From contig CAJIZT010000005.1 of NCBI GenBank assembly GCA_905182015.1, positions 4,312 to 68,311 on the forward strand: a stretch of 64,000 nt of DNA, in the 5' to 3' direction. A program made the translations under genes and the position numbers. The notes beneath the pieces are model-generated. The model saw only the letters and a list, made by a program, of their open reading frames with translations, made no database searches and was not told the DNA's origin. The first letter of the stretch is position 1; each line of letters starts with the position of its first letter. The DNA comes from an alpha proteobacterium MED-G09 (GTDB taxonomy: Bacteria > Pseudomonadota > Alphaproteobacteria > MED-G09). Shown here piece by piece: positions 25,396-33,887 of this stretch.

Positions 25396-26565
25396 TTAAT
25401 CTATTTTAATTATTTTTTGAACCACATCAATTTTTTCAGAATTAAATCCAGCCTTACAGTAAGAAAAATAATATCTAAAAATTTTCTCAAGCCTGTCGTC
25501 GAAACCTAGTTTCCTTATGGATTTTATTGATCTAATAAAATCATTGTGCCACAGGCCCAATGTTTTTGCGTATGACTTTCCAAATGAAATTGATTTTATC
25601 TCTTTTAACCCCACCTCTTTATAGCTTTCGTTTAATTTTTCTTGAGAAGGTAGCATGCCTCCTGGAAAAACATATTTCTGAATAAAATCTACCGAATTAC
25701 TGTATTTTTCATAGCTTTTATCATTTATAAGAATTACCTGAATTCCTGCAAGTCCATCTTTTTTTAAGGATTCCTTTATCTTCTTAAAATAACTAATCCA
25801 ATATTTCTCACCAACAGCCTCAATCATCTCGATCGATACAATACGGTCATATGTTCCTTTTATATCTCTGTAGTCGCAAAGCTCAAGAGTGACGTTTTTC
25901 TCAAGACCTTTATTTTTGATGCGCGCTTTAGAAAATTTAAGCTGACTTGGGCTTATTGTTACTCCTGTAATCTGACATCCCACAGTTTTTGCTGTGTATT
26001 CTGCAAACCCTCCCCAACCACATCCTATTTCTAAAACCCTATGATTTGAATTTATTTTAAGTTCATCAATTAATAACTGATACTTATTCTCTTGAGCATC
26101 ATGTAGGCTTTCAGTTTCTTTTTTAAAAAATGCGCTCGAGTATGTCATTGTCTTATCAAGCCACAGCTTGTAAAAATTATTACCTAGATCGTAATGATAC
26201 ATAATATTTTTTTTCGCTCTGGTTTTAGTATTTTCTCTAAAGAAATGAATAATTTTGTTATAAAATAGGTATAATTTACTTTTTGGATTAAACGATTCCG
26301 GAAGGTTTACAACCATTATCTCTAGAAATGATTCAAGGTTTGAACTGGTCCATTCACCTTTTATGTAGCTTTCTGAGAAACCAAGGTGTCCTCCGATAAT
26401 TGTACGTAAAAGAGGCCTGTAAGAGAGTAGGGTAAGGTCGGAAGACAACCCCTTCTTCCCTAAGAAATTTATAGTTTTTCCACTAGGGAAGTTAACAGTC
26501 AATGATCCAACTTTTATTTCTTTACAAATTTTTGTTAAATATTTTTCAAATATTCTTTCTATCAT
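25396..26565 (-). CDS. cfa: Cyclopropane-fatty-acyl-phospholipid synthase family SAM-dependent methyltransferase
   Basis: 389 aa; YHYDLGNNFYKLWLD and VLEIGCGWGG SAM motif, the same pattern as E. coli Cfa; convergent on rplQ. Confidence 0.85.
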   Translation of the reverse strand: MIERIFEKYLTKICKEIKVGSLTVNFPSGKTINFLGKKGLSSDLTLLSYRPLLRTIIGGHLGFSESYIKGEWTSSNLESFLEIMVVNLPESFNPKSKLYLFYNKIIHFFRENTKTRAKKNIMYHYDLGNNFYKLWLDKTMTYSSAFFKKETESLHDAQENKYQLLIDELKINSNHRVLEIGCGWGGFAEYTAKTVGCQITGVTISPSQLKFSKARIKNKGLEKNVTLELCDYRDIKGTYDRIVSIEMIEAVGEKYWISYFKKIKESLKKDGLAGIQVILINDKSYEKYSNSVDFIQKYVFPGGMLPSQEKLNESYKEVGLKEIKSISFGKSYAKTLGLWHNDFIRSIKSIRKLGFDDRLEKIFRYYFSYCKAGFNSEKIDVVQKIIKID

Positions 26566-27343
26566 TTTTCTTACTATATTTATTGTTATACGAGACTTTG
26601 CTTAGACTTGATTTTTTATGTTTTACATATTTAATATTCTTTAGCCATAAGATCAATGCCTGAAAGTGGATTCCGTAAATCACTTTTATGGTTAACAGTG
26701 GGTAGAGTATAAAATTTAAAAAAAGATTCTTATCATTAAAAATACTTCCTTTTCCAACAAAGGATGCTGTCAGAAGGTGCTTCTCATCTGATATTTCTTT
26801 AATTACTATGCTTACATTACCTTTTTCTAGGTTGGTCGAGAATTGATACCTTCCGTTCATGCTTATAAATGGGGATACATGAAGCAGCTTTTTACTTTTG
26901 TGACTAAATTTAGTAGATTTATTTTTCATCTTAAAGACATAAGAATGATCTTCACCAAATGTATTCCTTACCTCGTAAACAAGCATTTCAAGATTACTCT
27001 TACTATAAACAAACCAAACACTAATTGGGTTAAAGACATAACCAAGAACCCTAGGGTAGCACAAGCAGAAAATTTTAGTATTTTTTATCTCAACCCCTGC
27101 TTTCTTTGCTATTTTTCGGATCCAAATTTTTGGATGGGTACCGTCTTTATCACCATGGTCTTTGTTAAAAAATGAGAATAAATTAAATTTATTATATGAA
27201 AATAGGTAATTGGATTCTCCTGTCTCCTCTAGCCTATCAATTTCAAATAACATTGAGTAGACTTTATAGTTAAACTTATGTTTCTTAGGAAGGAATCTCA
27301 CATGACTTACCGTTCCATTGAAAATTGTTGTCTCTATTCCCAT
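26546..27343 (-). CDS. DUF1365 family protein
   Basis: 265 aa; N-terminal G.V.H.R..P..H.F.Y pattern typical of DUF1365; 20-nt overlap with cfa. Confidence 0.7.
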   Translation of the reverse strand: MGIETTIFNGTVSHVRFLPKKHKFNYKVYSMLFEIDRLEETGESNYLFSYNKFNLFSFFNKDHGDKDGTHPKIWIRKIAKKAGVEIKNTKIFCLCYPRVLGYVFNPISVWFVYSKSNLEMLVYEVRNTFGEDHSYVFKMKNKSTKFSHKSKKLLHVSPFISMNGRYQFSTNLEKGNVSIVIKEISDEKHLLTASFVGKGSIFNDKNLFLNFILYPLLTIKVIYGIHFQALILWLKNIKYVKHKKSSLSKVSYNNKYSKKNDRKNI

Positions 27344-28605
27344 AACACTTTTATTCCAAGGGCTTTTGCTAATTTAAGACTTGATTGAATCCCATCCTCG
27401 TGAAAACCATTTCCTGACCATGCGCCACAGTGCCACGTGTTCTTGTTTCCTTGTATTTTTTTCAATAATTTTTGAGAATTAATCGACTTAAGATCAAAAA
27501 CAGGATGTTCGTATTCTATCACCCTAAAAATGCTATTTTCCTTTGGAGGGTTTGCGGGGTTTAAGCTTAGAAATAGTGGGTTCTTTTCTTTAATGTTTTG
27601 AAGTTTATTCATCCAGTAGGTTACTGAAATATTTTTCTTCTTTTCCTTTGGTGTAAAAACATTCCACGATGACCATGTTTTCTTTAAGTTAGGCATTAAG
27701 CTGATGTCATTATGCAAATAAGCTGTATTTTTATTGGTAGTAAAATTTTTTAATATCTCTATTTCCTTACTCTCTGCATCAGACAGAATTTCTAATGTTT
27801 TAGATGGGTTTATAGAAAAAATTATATGATCAAATTTTTTACTATTATTATTTGAGTCCTCAATGAGAATATAATCCTTATTCCTTTCAATGCTTAATAT
27901 GTTTATATTTTTTTTTATTTTAACTTTAGGGTTTGCACTTAAAAATTTAACTAATTTTCTTACATAGCTTATGCTTCCGTTGGATACAGTTTTCCATTTT
28001 GGCCTGTCATGCTTACTGTGAAGGAGCTTATGATTATTGAAAAACTCAAAAAGAGATTTTATAGGATATTTCATCACATCGTCTGAAGGCATTGACCAAA
28101 TAGCTCCAGCCATTGGCAAAAGGTATAAATTCTGAAAACTTTTACTGTATGGATTTTTTCCTAGCCATTCCCTTAAAGATATAGTCTCTAAAGACCTGTA
28201 ATTAATAAGGTATTTAACATGAAAATTAAAGATGGGAATCTGAATAACGGCTATTAGGAAATAAAGTTTCTTTAAAAATTTTTTTTTAGAAAAAATACTT
28301 TTAAAATTCTGTCCTGACCATTCAATACCCATTCCCTCATGTTGAACGGATAAGCTCATATCGCTATTCTCATAGTTTATAGAAAAAAATTTAAATAATT
28401 TTATAAGATTTGGATAATTTGCCTTATTAAAAACAATAAAACCTGTATCCACATTTATTATTTCATTATCGTAATTTATTTCCACAGTATTTGAATGACC
28501 TCCATATCTGTCATCTTTTTCGTAGAGTGTTACCTCGTGATCTTGAGACAGTATAGTTGCCATAGATAAACCAGATATTCCTGATCCAACAACAGCAAAT
28601 TTCAT
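27334..28605 (-). CDS. NAD(P)/FAD-dependent oxidoreductase (amine-oxidase-like)
   Basis: 423 aa; N-terminal Rossmann FAVVGSGISGLS...YEKDDRYGGHSNT; overlaps the DUF1365 gene by 10 nt. Confidence 0.75.
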   Translation of the reverse strand: MKFAVVGSGISGLSMATILSQDHEVTLYEKDDRYGGHSNTVEINYDNEIINVDTGFIVFNKANYPNLIKLFKFFSINYENSDMSLSVQHEGMGIEWSGQNFKSIFSKKKFLKKLYFLIAVIQIPIFNFHVKYLINYRSLETISLREWLGKNPYSKSFQNLYLLPMAGAIWSMPSDDVMKYPIKSLFEFFNNHKLLHSKHDRPKWKTVSNGSISYVRKLVKFLSANPKVKIKKNINILSIERNKDYILIEDSNNNSKKFDHIIFSINPSKTLEILSDAESKEIEILKNFTTNKNTAYLHNDISLMPNLKKTWSSWNVFTPKEKKKNISVTYWMNKLQNIKEKNPLFLSLNPANPPKENSIFRVIEYEHPVFDLKSINSQKLLKKIQGNKNTWHCGAWSGNGFHEDGIQSSLKLAKALGIKVLWE

Positions 28606-28647
28606 TTAGAGTCCTTTGGGTTTATAAAAAATTACATTCATTGAATA

Positions 28648-28893
28648 TTATTTGTAATTTTCTTCGCTTATAGCGGGTTCACGCTCTTCCTTAGGCATGT
28701 CATCTTGAGGAGCAACCTCTGGTTTAGTGGTCTGAATTTTCTTTGATAAATTTTCATCCGATGGCTTTGTTGACATTGAGCTTCCGGTATAAATACTCCC
28801 ATCATATCTTTCTGAACAACCAATTAGGGAAATGGATAAGCAGAAAATAGCCAAAGGTATATAAATAATTTTTTTCATAACTAACAATAGCAA
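28648..28893 (-). CDS. Small lipoprotein (hypothetical)
   Basis: 81 aa; signal peptide with lipobox SLIGC; proline/acidic C-terminus. Confidence 0.5.
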   Translation of the reverse strand: MLLLVMKKIIYIPLAIFCLSISLIGCSERYDGSIYTGSSMSTKPSDENLSKKIQTTKPEVAPQDDMPKEEREPAISEENYK

Positions 28894-28929
28894 TTGTTAC
28901 GATTATTTAAAATAAAAAAATAAAAAAAA

Positions 28930-29005
28930 TGGCTCCCCGGGCCGGACTCGAACCAGCGACAAATTGATTAACAGTCAATCGCTCTACCAACTGAGCTACC
29001 GGGGA
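28930..29005 (-). tRNA. tRNA-Asn (anticodon GUU)
   Basis: Reverse complement folds as a cloverleaf: acceptor UCCCCGG/CCGGGGA, anticodon stem AUUGA/UCAAU with loop CU-GUU-AA, T-arm GGTTCGAGTCC, encoded CCA. Confidence 0.85.
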
Positions 29006-29068
29006 ACAGTTTGGATATCTTCTAACAGAAGAATACTAAATTGACTAGCTTGTTTTAAGTTTTATATT

Positions 29069-30085
29069 TTATATTTTAACCATGAGTTTTCCGGTATTGC
29101 CGCCTGTGAATAATTTTTGAAGCGCCAGGGGGAAGCTTTCTATTCCTTCCTCGATATGGAAGGGGACTTTAAGCTTTTCTTGATTATATAAATCTAGCAA
29201 TTCTTTGTAGGCTTCTTCATAGCGATCTTTAAAATGCATAACAGTAAAACCCTCCATTTTAGCATATTTTTCAGCTAAACGAAGATAGAGACTGGGTCCG
29301 TCGACATCATCATGATGAGAGTATTGCGATATTGCTCCACATATAATAACTCTCGCTCTGTCCCGAATATTATCAAGTGCAATGTCTAAAATTTCACCAC
29401 CCACATTATCAAAGAAAAGATCGATTCCATCCTTTGCATACAATTTAATTTGTTCATCGATATCTTGATTTTTATAATCGATTGCGGCATCTACCCCAAT
29501 TTCGTTTACAAGGATTTCACATTTTTCTTTTCCGCCAGCAATACCAATAACCTTAGCGCCTTTGAGCTTGGCTAGCTGGCAAGCAATCATTCCAACACCT
29601 CCAGCAGCACCCGACACAAGAACAATATCGCCTGCCTTGACCTGTCCAACCTCATATATTCCAAAATAAGCAGTTAATCCGGTTGAAACTCCAAGAACAC
29701 CAATTTGTGTAAAGGGATCGATTTCAGGGTTAACGACTTTAGTAAAAAAAGTTCCAGACATAGTAGCAAAGCTTTGAGCTGATAATGGGCCGCTTACAAT
29801 ATCACCTTCCTTAAGCTTATCTGACTTACTGATGAGCACCTTTCCAATCCCCATTGAGGGAAGCGTACCGCCTATTGGAGTCGATCCATGAAATGCTGTT
29901 TCATTTAAAGTTGTTCTTATCCATGCCCCCACTCCCAGTGCTTGCACCTCTATTAAAACCTCACCATCATCAGGAGCTTTTGCAGTTTCCTCAATCACAT
30001 CAAAATCGCCAACCTTAGGATCTCCATCCGGCCTTGATTTCAATACTATTTTTTTTGAATTTGGTAAATTTGATATATCTGACAT
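29069..30085 (-). CDS. NADP-dependent oxidoreductase, MDR superfamily (YncB/CurA, 2-alkenal reductase-like), copy 1
   Basis: 338 aa; LKSRPDGDPKVGDF N-terminus and GAAGGVG NADP motif. Confidence 0.8.
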   Translation of the reverse strand: MSDISNLPNSKKIVLKSRPDGDPKVGDFDVIEETAKAPDDGEVLIEVQALGVGAWIRTTLNETAFHGSTPIGGTLPSMGIGKVLISKSDKLKEGDIVSGPLSAQSFATMSGTFFTKVVNPEIDPFTQIGVLGVSTGLTAYFGIYEVGQVKAGDIVLVSGAAGGVGMIACQLAKLKGAKVIGIAGGKEKCEILVNEIGVDAAIDYKNQDIDEQIKLYAKDGIDLFFDNVGGEILDIALDNIRDRARVIICGAISQYSHHDDVDGPSLYLRLAEKYAKMEGFTVMHFKDRYEEAYKELLDLYNQEKLKVPFHIEEGIESFPLALQKLFTGGNTGKLMVKI

Positions 30086-30130
30086 TTTAATACTCTTGGA
30101 TTGGTAATTTATAATTAAAATAATAAAGAT

Positions 30131-31147
30131 TTATACTTTTACCATTAATTTTCCAGTATTGCCGCCCGTAAATAGTTTTTGAAGAGCTAGAGGGAAGTTA
30201 TCTATTCCATCCTCAATATGAAATGGTACTTTTAGCTTTCCTTTATTGTATAGGTCTAAGAGTTCTTTTGAGGCCTCCTCATAGCGTTCTTCAAAATGCA
30301 TTACAGTGAAGCCCTCCATTCTTGCATATTTTTCTGCTAACCGAAGATAAAGGCTTGGACCATCAACTGAATCATGATGTGAGTATTGAGAAATTGCCCC
30401 ACATATTATGACCCTTGCTCTATCACGAATATTATCAAGCGCTATATCTAAAATTTCACCACCCACATTATCAAAGAAAATATCAATTCCCTCAGGTGCG
30501 TGTAATTTAATTTGCTCATCAACATTTTGATTTTTATAATCTATTGAAGCATCTACACCGATTTCATTTTTCAGTACATCGCACTTTTCCTTGCCGCCCG
30601 CAATACCGATTACTTTCGCGCCCTTAAGTTTAGCTAATTGACAAACTAATGAGCCAACACCCCCAGCAGCTCCCGACACAAGAACAATTTCATTTTTTTT
30701 AACTTGCCCAACTTCATATATTCCAAAATATGCTGTTAAACCAGTTGTGACTCCAAGAATTCCAATTTGGGTAAAAGGATCGATTTCAGGATTAGGAACT
30801 TTAGTAAAAAAATCTGCCGCCATAGTTGTATAGCTTTGTGCCATAAGTGGACCAGTAACAATATCCCCTTCTTTAAATTTATCAGACTTACTTATTATTA
30901 CCTTACCATTCCCGAGCGCAGGGATTGTTCCGCTAATTGGTGTTGATCCATGAAAGGCTGTTTCATTTAAAGTTGTCCTTATCCATGCCCCTATTTCTAG
31001 AGCTTGAACCTCGACTAAAACTTCCCCGTCATCAGGAGCCTTTGCAATTTCCTCAATCATATCAAAATCGCTTACCTTAGGGTCTCCATCCGGTCTTGTT
31101 TTTAATACTATTTTTTTTGAATTTGGTAAATTTGATATATCTGACAT
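30131..31147 (-). CDS. NADP-dependent oxidoreductase, MDR superfamily (YncB/CurA-like), copy 2 (tandem paralog)
   Basis: 338 aa; co-linear with copy 1 at roughly 80% identity; 45 identical nt at the 5' end. Confidence 0.8.
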   Translation of the reverse strand: MSDISNLPNSKKIVLKTRPDGDPKVSDFDMIEEIAKAPDDGEVLVEVQALEIGAWIRTTLNETAFHGSTPISGTIPALGNGKVIISKSDKFKEGDIVTGPLMAQSYTTMAADFFTKVPNPEIDPFTQIGILGVTTGLTAYFGIYEVGQVKKNEIVLVSGAAGGVGSLVCQLAKLKGAKVIGIAGGKEKCDVLKNEIGVDASIDYKNQNVDEQIKLHAPEGIDIFFDNVGGEILDIALDNIRDRARVIICGAISQYSHHDSVDGPSLYLRLAEKYARMEGFTVMHFEERYEEASKELLDLYNKGKLKVPFHIEDGIDNFPLALQKLFTGGNTGKLMVKV

Positions 31148-31250
31148 TTTGATCCTTTTGAATGTTTATATTTTATAAACTAAAATATTACCGAAAGATA
31201 AATAATTTTTAAAAATTGACCAATTTTATTAACAATAATAAAGTTCATTA

Positions 31251-31448
31251 ATGATTGGATCTATATTTTTATATTTAGTTTCAAAGGGACGCATTTTGTT
31301 TGGAGTTTTTTTTATGGCGCCAGTTTGCTCTCAATTATTAAATTATAATAATATAGATAAGATCTTTGGAATTCCAAGTATCATTTCATGTCTGGCGGTA
31401 GGATTTTTTTGGGGTTTATATGCAAATTATAAAAAACAGTGGTTTTAA
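31251..31448 (+). CDS. Small hypothetical membrane protein
   Basis: 65 aa, two hydrophobic segments; immediately upstream of the desaturase-like gene. Confidence 0.35.
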   Translation: MIGSIFLYLVSKGRILFGVFFMAPVCSQLLNYNNIDKIFGIPSIISCLAVGFFWGLYANYKKQWF

Positions 31449-31457
31449 TATAATTTT

Positions 31458-32303
31458 GTGAGGAAGGGTTTGGATTTAGCTGAAAAAGAAAAACAGATTG
31501 CTAGAAAGTTTGTAGGAAAAACTCCCTGGCTTATGATAATTTGGTGGGCTTTAAATTTGTCTGTTTGGCTTATGCTTTGGCCTTTAGCTCTGAGTGGCTT
31601 AATTCCTATATGGAGTACATTAATAATTGCAAGTATTTGTGCTTGCCTTTGCTACTTACCGTCACATGAGGCGCAACACGGAAATATAGCAAAAAAGACC
31701 TCATCTTTTTTCTGGCTTAATGATTTAATTGGTTACACATCTTTAATTCCAATAGCTCTGCCTTATCGTTTGGCTCAAGCAACACACTTATTACATCATT
31801 CATTCACCAATGATCCAATAAAGGATCCTGATTATGGAGTGAAGGCCAGCAGCTTCTTAAAGGCCCTTTGGGTTAATTTAATATTTAATAGGCAAAGGGA
31901 TCTTCCGTATTTTGATTTTTTAGAGGAATCATCTACCAAAAAGAAGATTTTAATGGAAGCATTAATTACAAGAGTCTCTTATTGGCTAATTCTGATTTCA
32001 TTTGTATGGGCTGGTTATGGAATAGAAGTTACGGCAATTTGGTGGTTGCCTAGACTTATAGGTTCGGCATATATTCAAATGACTTTATCATGGGCGCCTC
32101 ATCACCCTATGGAAGAGCGGGGAAGGTATAGGGACACAAGAAGCTTTAAGGCCATTATAGGTACATATTTAACTCTTGGTATGGAATATCATATAATTCA
32201 TCATTTGCATCCCTCTATCCCTTTAAACCTTAATCCGGCAGCATATAGAGCCTTAAAGCCAATACTTGAAGAAAGGAATTGTTGTTTAGATAATAATTTG
32301 TAA
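31458..32303 (+). CDS. Membrane di-iron fatty-acid desaturase / CrtW (beta-carotene ketolase)-like family protein
   Basis: 281 aa; three histidine boxes HEAQHGN, HLLHH, HIIHHLHP with intervening transmembrane segments. Confidence 0.7.
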   Translation: MRKGLDLAEKEKQIARKFVGKTPWLMIIWWALNLSVWLMLWPLALSGLIPIWSTLIIASICACLCYLPSHEAQHGNIAKKTSSFFWLNDLIGYTSLIPIALPYRLAQATHLLHHSFTNDPIKDPDYGVKASSFLKALWVNLIFNRQRDLPYFDFLEESSTKKKILMEALITRVSYWLILISFVWAGYGIEVTAIWWLPRLIGSAYIQMTLSWAPHHPMEERGRYRDTRSFKAIIGTYLTLGMEYHIIHHLHPSIPLNLNPAAYRALKPILEERNCCLDNNL

Positions 32304-32335
32304 TGTTTCGATTTTGTAACTATTAGGAGAAAAAA

Positions 32336-32506
32336 ATGAATATTTTTAATATGGCGAAAGATTTAAAAGGTATGGAAAAAATGATGAAGCCAGCCCTTGA
32401 AAAGTTTATGAATGACTCAGGTTTTGTCAAGAAGGGTGATTTAGAAAGTCTAGAAAAAAGAGTTATTGAGTTGGAAAAGAGCGTTAAGGAATTAAACAAT
32501 CGTTAA
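32336..32506 (+). CDS. Small coiled-coil protein (56 aa), hypothetical
   Basis: Below the ORF-track length cutoff; ATG preceded by AGGAGA with a 6-7-nt spacer; MNIFNMAKDLKGMEKMMKPALEKFMNDSGFVKKGDLESLEKRVIELEKSVKELNNR. Confidence 0.5.
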   Translation: MNIFNMAKDLKGMEKMMKPALEKFMNDSGFVKKGDLESLEKRVIELEKSVKELNNR

Positions 32507-32565
32507 GTTTAATTATATTTTATGTTTGAGGCATAATATTTACTTGATAGGCTGTTATAAAAAAT

Positions 32566-33858
32566 ATGGGAGTAAAGAAAATGAAGGGTACCAGCATTAA
32601 TACTGAAAAAGTTGACCTCACTAATCATAATGTACAAGACTGTCCCTATAGCGCTTATAAAACCTTAAGAGATGAGGCGCCAGTGTATCAGGATCCTAAA
32701 ACTGGTTTTTTTATTGTAACACGCTACGACTATGTTAGAGAGCTTTTACTGGATACTGAGAATTTTAGTAGCTCTTTTGGTGCGGCCGCTCAAAAGGCAG
32801 AATCAAATATTAATACTGATCACGTAAAGCAAGGTGTAAAGCTCTTTGAAGAAAAAGGCTGGCTTCCATCCCCAACTCTTGCTGGTAGGGACAATCCTAA
32901 CCATAAGGAGATGAGAACTATATTTGATAAGGCTTTTCGTCCAGGAAAAATTAAAGAGCTAGAGGGTGTGGTAGAAAAAACGGCATATGATCTCATAGAA
33001 TCTTTCATTGAAAATGGCTCATGTGATTGGGTAAAAGAGTTTTCTATTCCACTTCCACTGAAGATTATTGGTATTCAAATGGGAATTAAAAATGAAGAAG
33101 ACTTGTGGAAAATTAAAATTTCAACAGATGCTTTTTTTCATAGAATAGGAATGATGTTAACCAAGGAAGAGGAGCTGGAGGCTATTGAAAAAGAAATTGA
33201 AGGGCAGCATTATTTTCAGCCAATTTTTGAACGACTCAGAAAGAAGCCAGATGATTCTCTTCTTAGTGAACTGGTAAACACAGTTATTGAAGAATGGGGG
33301 CGTCCATTAAATGATAACGAGCTCCATGCTGAGATGATGGCTGATACATTTGTTGGAGGTAGCGAAACAACAACTAATGCAATATCGGCAGGAATTAGAC
33401 TTTTGATCGAAAATCCAGATGCATGGGTGCAATTAAAGTCTAATCCAGATAAGTACTTAAAGGTTTTTGTTGAAGAGGTCTTGAGACTCGAATCCCCAGT
33501 ACAGAGTTTGATGCGGACTACATCTCGAGATGTAGATTTTCATGGTATTAAAATGCCAGAAGGATCTGTGGTTAATGTTCGTTATGCTGCGGCTAATAGG
33601 GACGAAAGAGCATTTGAAAACCCTGATAAGATTAATTTAGAAAGAAAAAAAGCGGGATCTCATATGGCCTTTGGATCAGGAACTCATCATTGCTTAGGAG
33701 CCCCGCTTGCTAGAAGGGAGCTTTGGTGGAGCTTTAAAGCTGTAACAGATAAATTTAAAAGTATGAGTTTTTCAGAAGGAAAGAACGACTTCAAGCACCA
33801 CCCACATTATTTATTAAGAGCCTTGAAGGAACTACATATAGACTTTGAGGTTGAGTAG
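32566..33858 (+). CDS. Cytochrome P450
   Basis: 430 aa; haem-binding FGSGTHHCLGAPLA, AGSETT I-helix-like GGSETTTN, ExxR (EEVLRLESP). Confidence 0.85.
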   Translation: MGVKKMKGTSINTEKVDLTNHNVQDCPYSAYKTLRDEAPVYQDPKTGFFIVTRYDYVRELLLDTENFSSSFGAAAQKAESNINTDHVKQGVKLFEEKGWLPSPTLAGRDNPNHKEMRTIFDKAFRPGKIKELEGVVEKTAYDLIESFIENGSCDWVKEFSIPLPLKIIGIQMGIKNEEDLWKIKISTDAFFHRIGMMLTKEEELEAIEKEIEGQHYFQPIFERLRKKPDDSLLSELVNTVIEEWGRPLNDNELHAEMMADTFVGGSETTTNAISAGIRLLIENPDAWVQLKSNPDKYLKVFVEEVLRLESPVQSLMRTTSRDVDFHGIKMPEGSVVNVRYAAANRDERAFENPDKINLERKKAGSHMAFGSGTHHCLGAPLARRELWWSFKAVTDKFKSMSFSEGKNDFKHHPHYLLRALKELHIDFEVE

Positions 33859-33887
33859 TTTCCAAATTTAAAAACTATTTTATATTT

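Noticed and set aside
26843-27175. 110-aa + strand ORF opposite the DUF1365 gene
   Set aside because: Antisense to a conserved-domain gene; no independent support.
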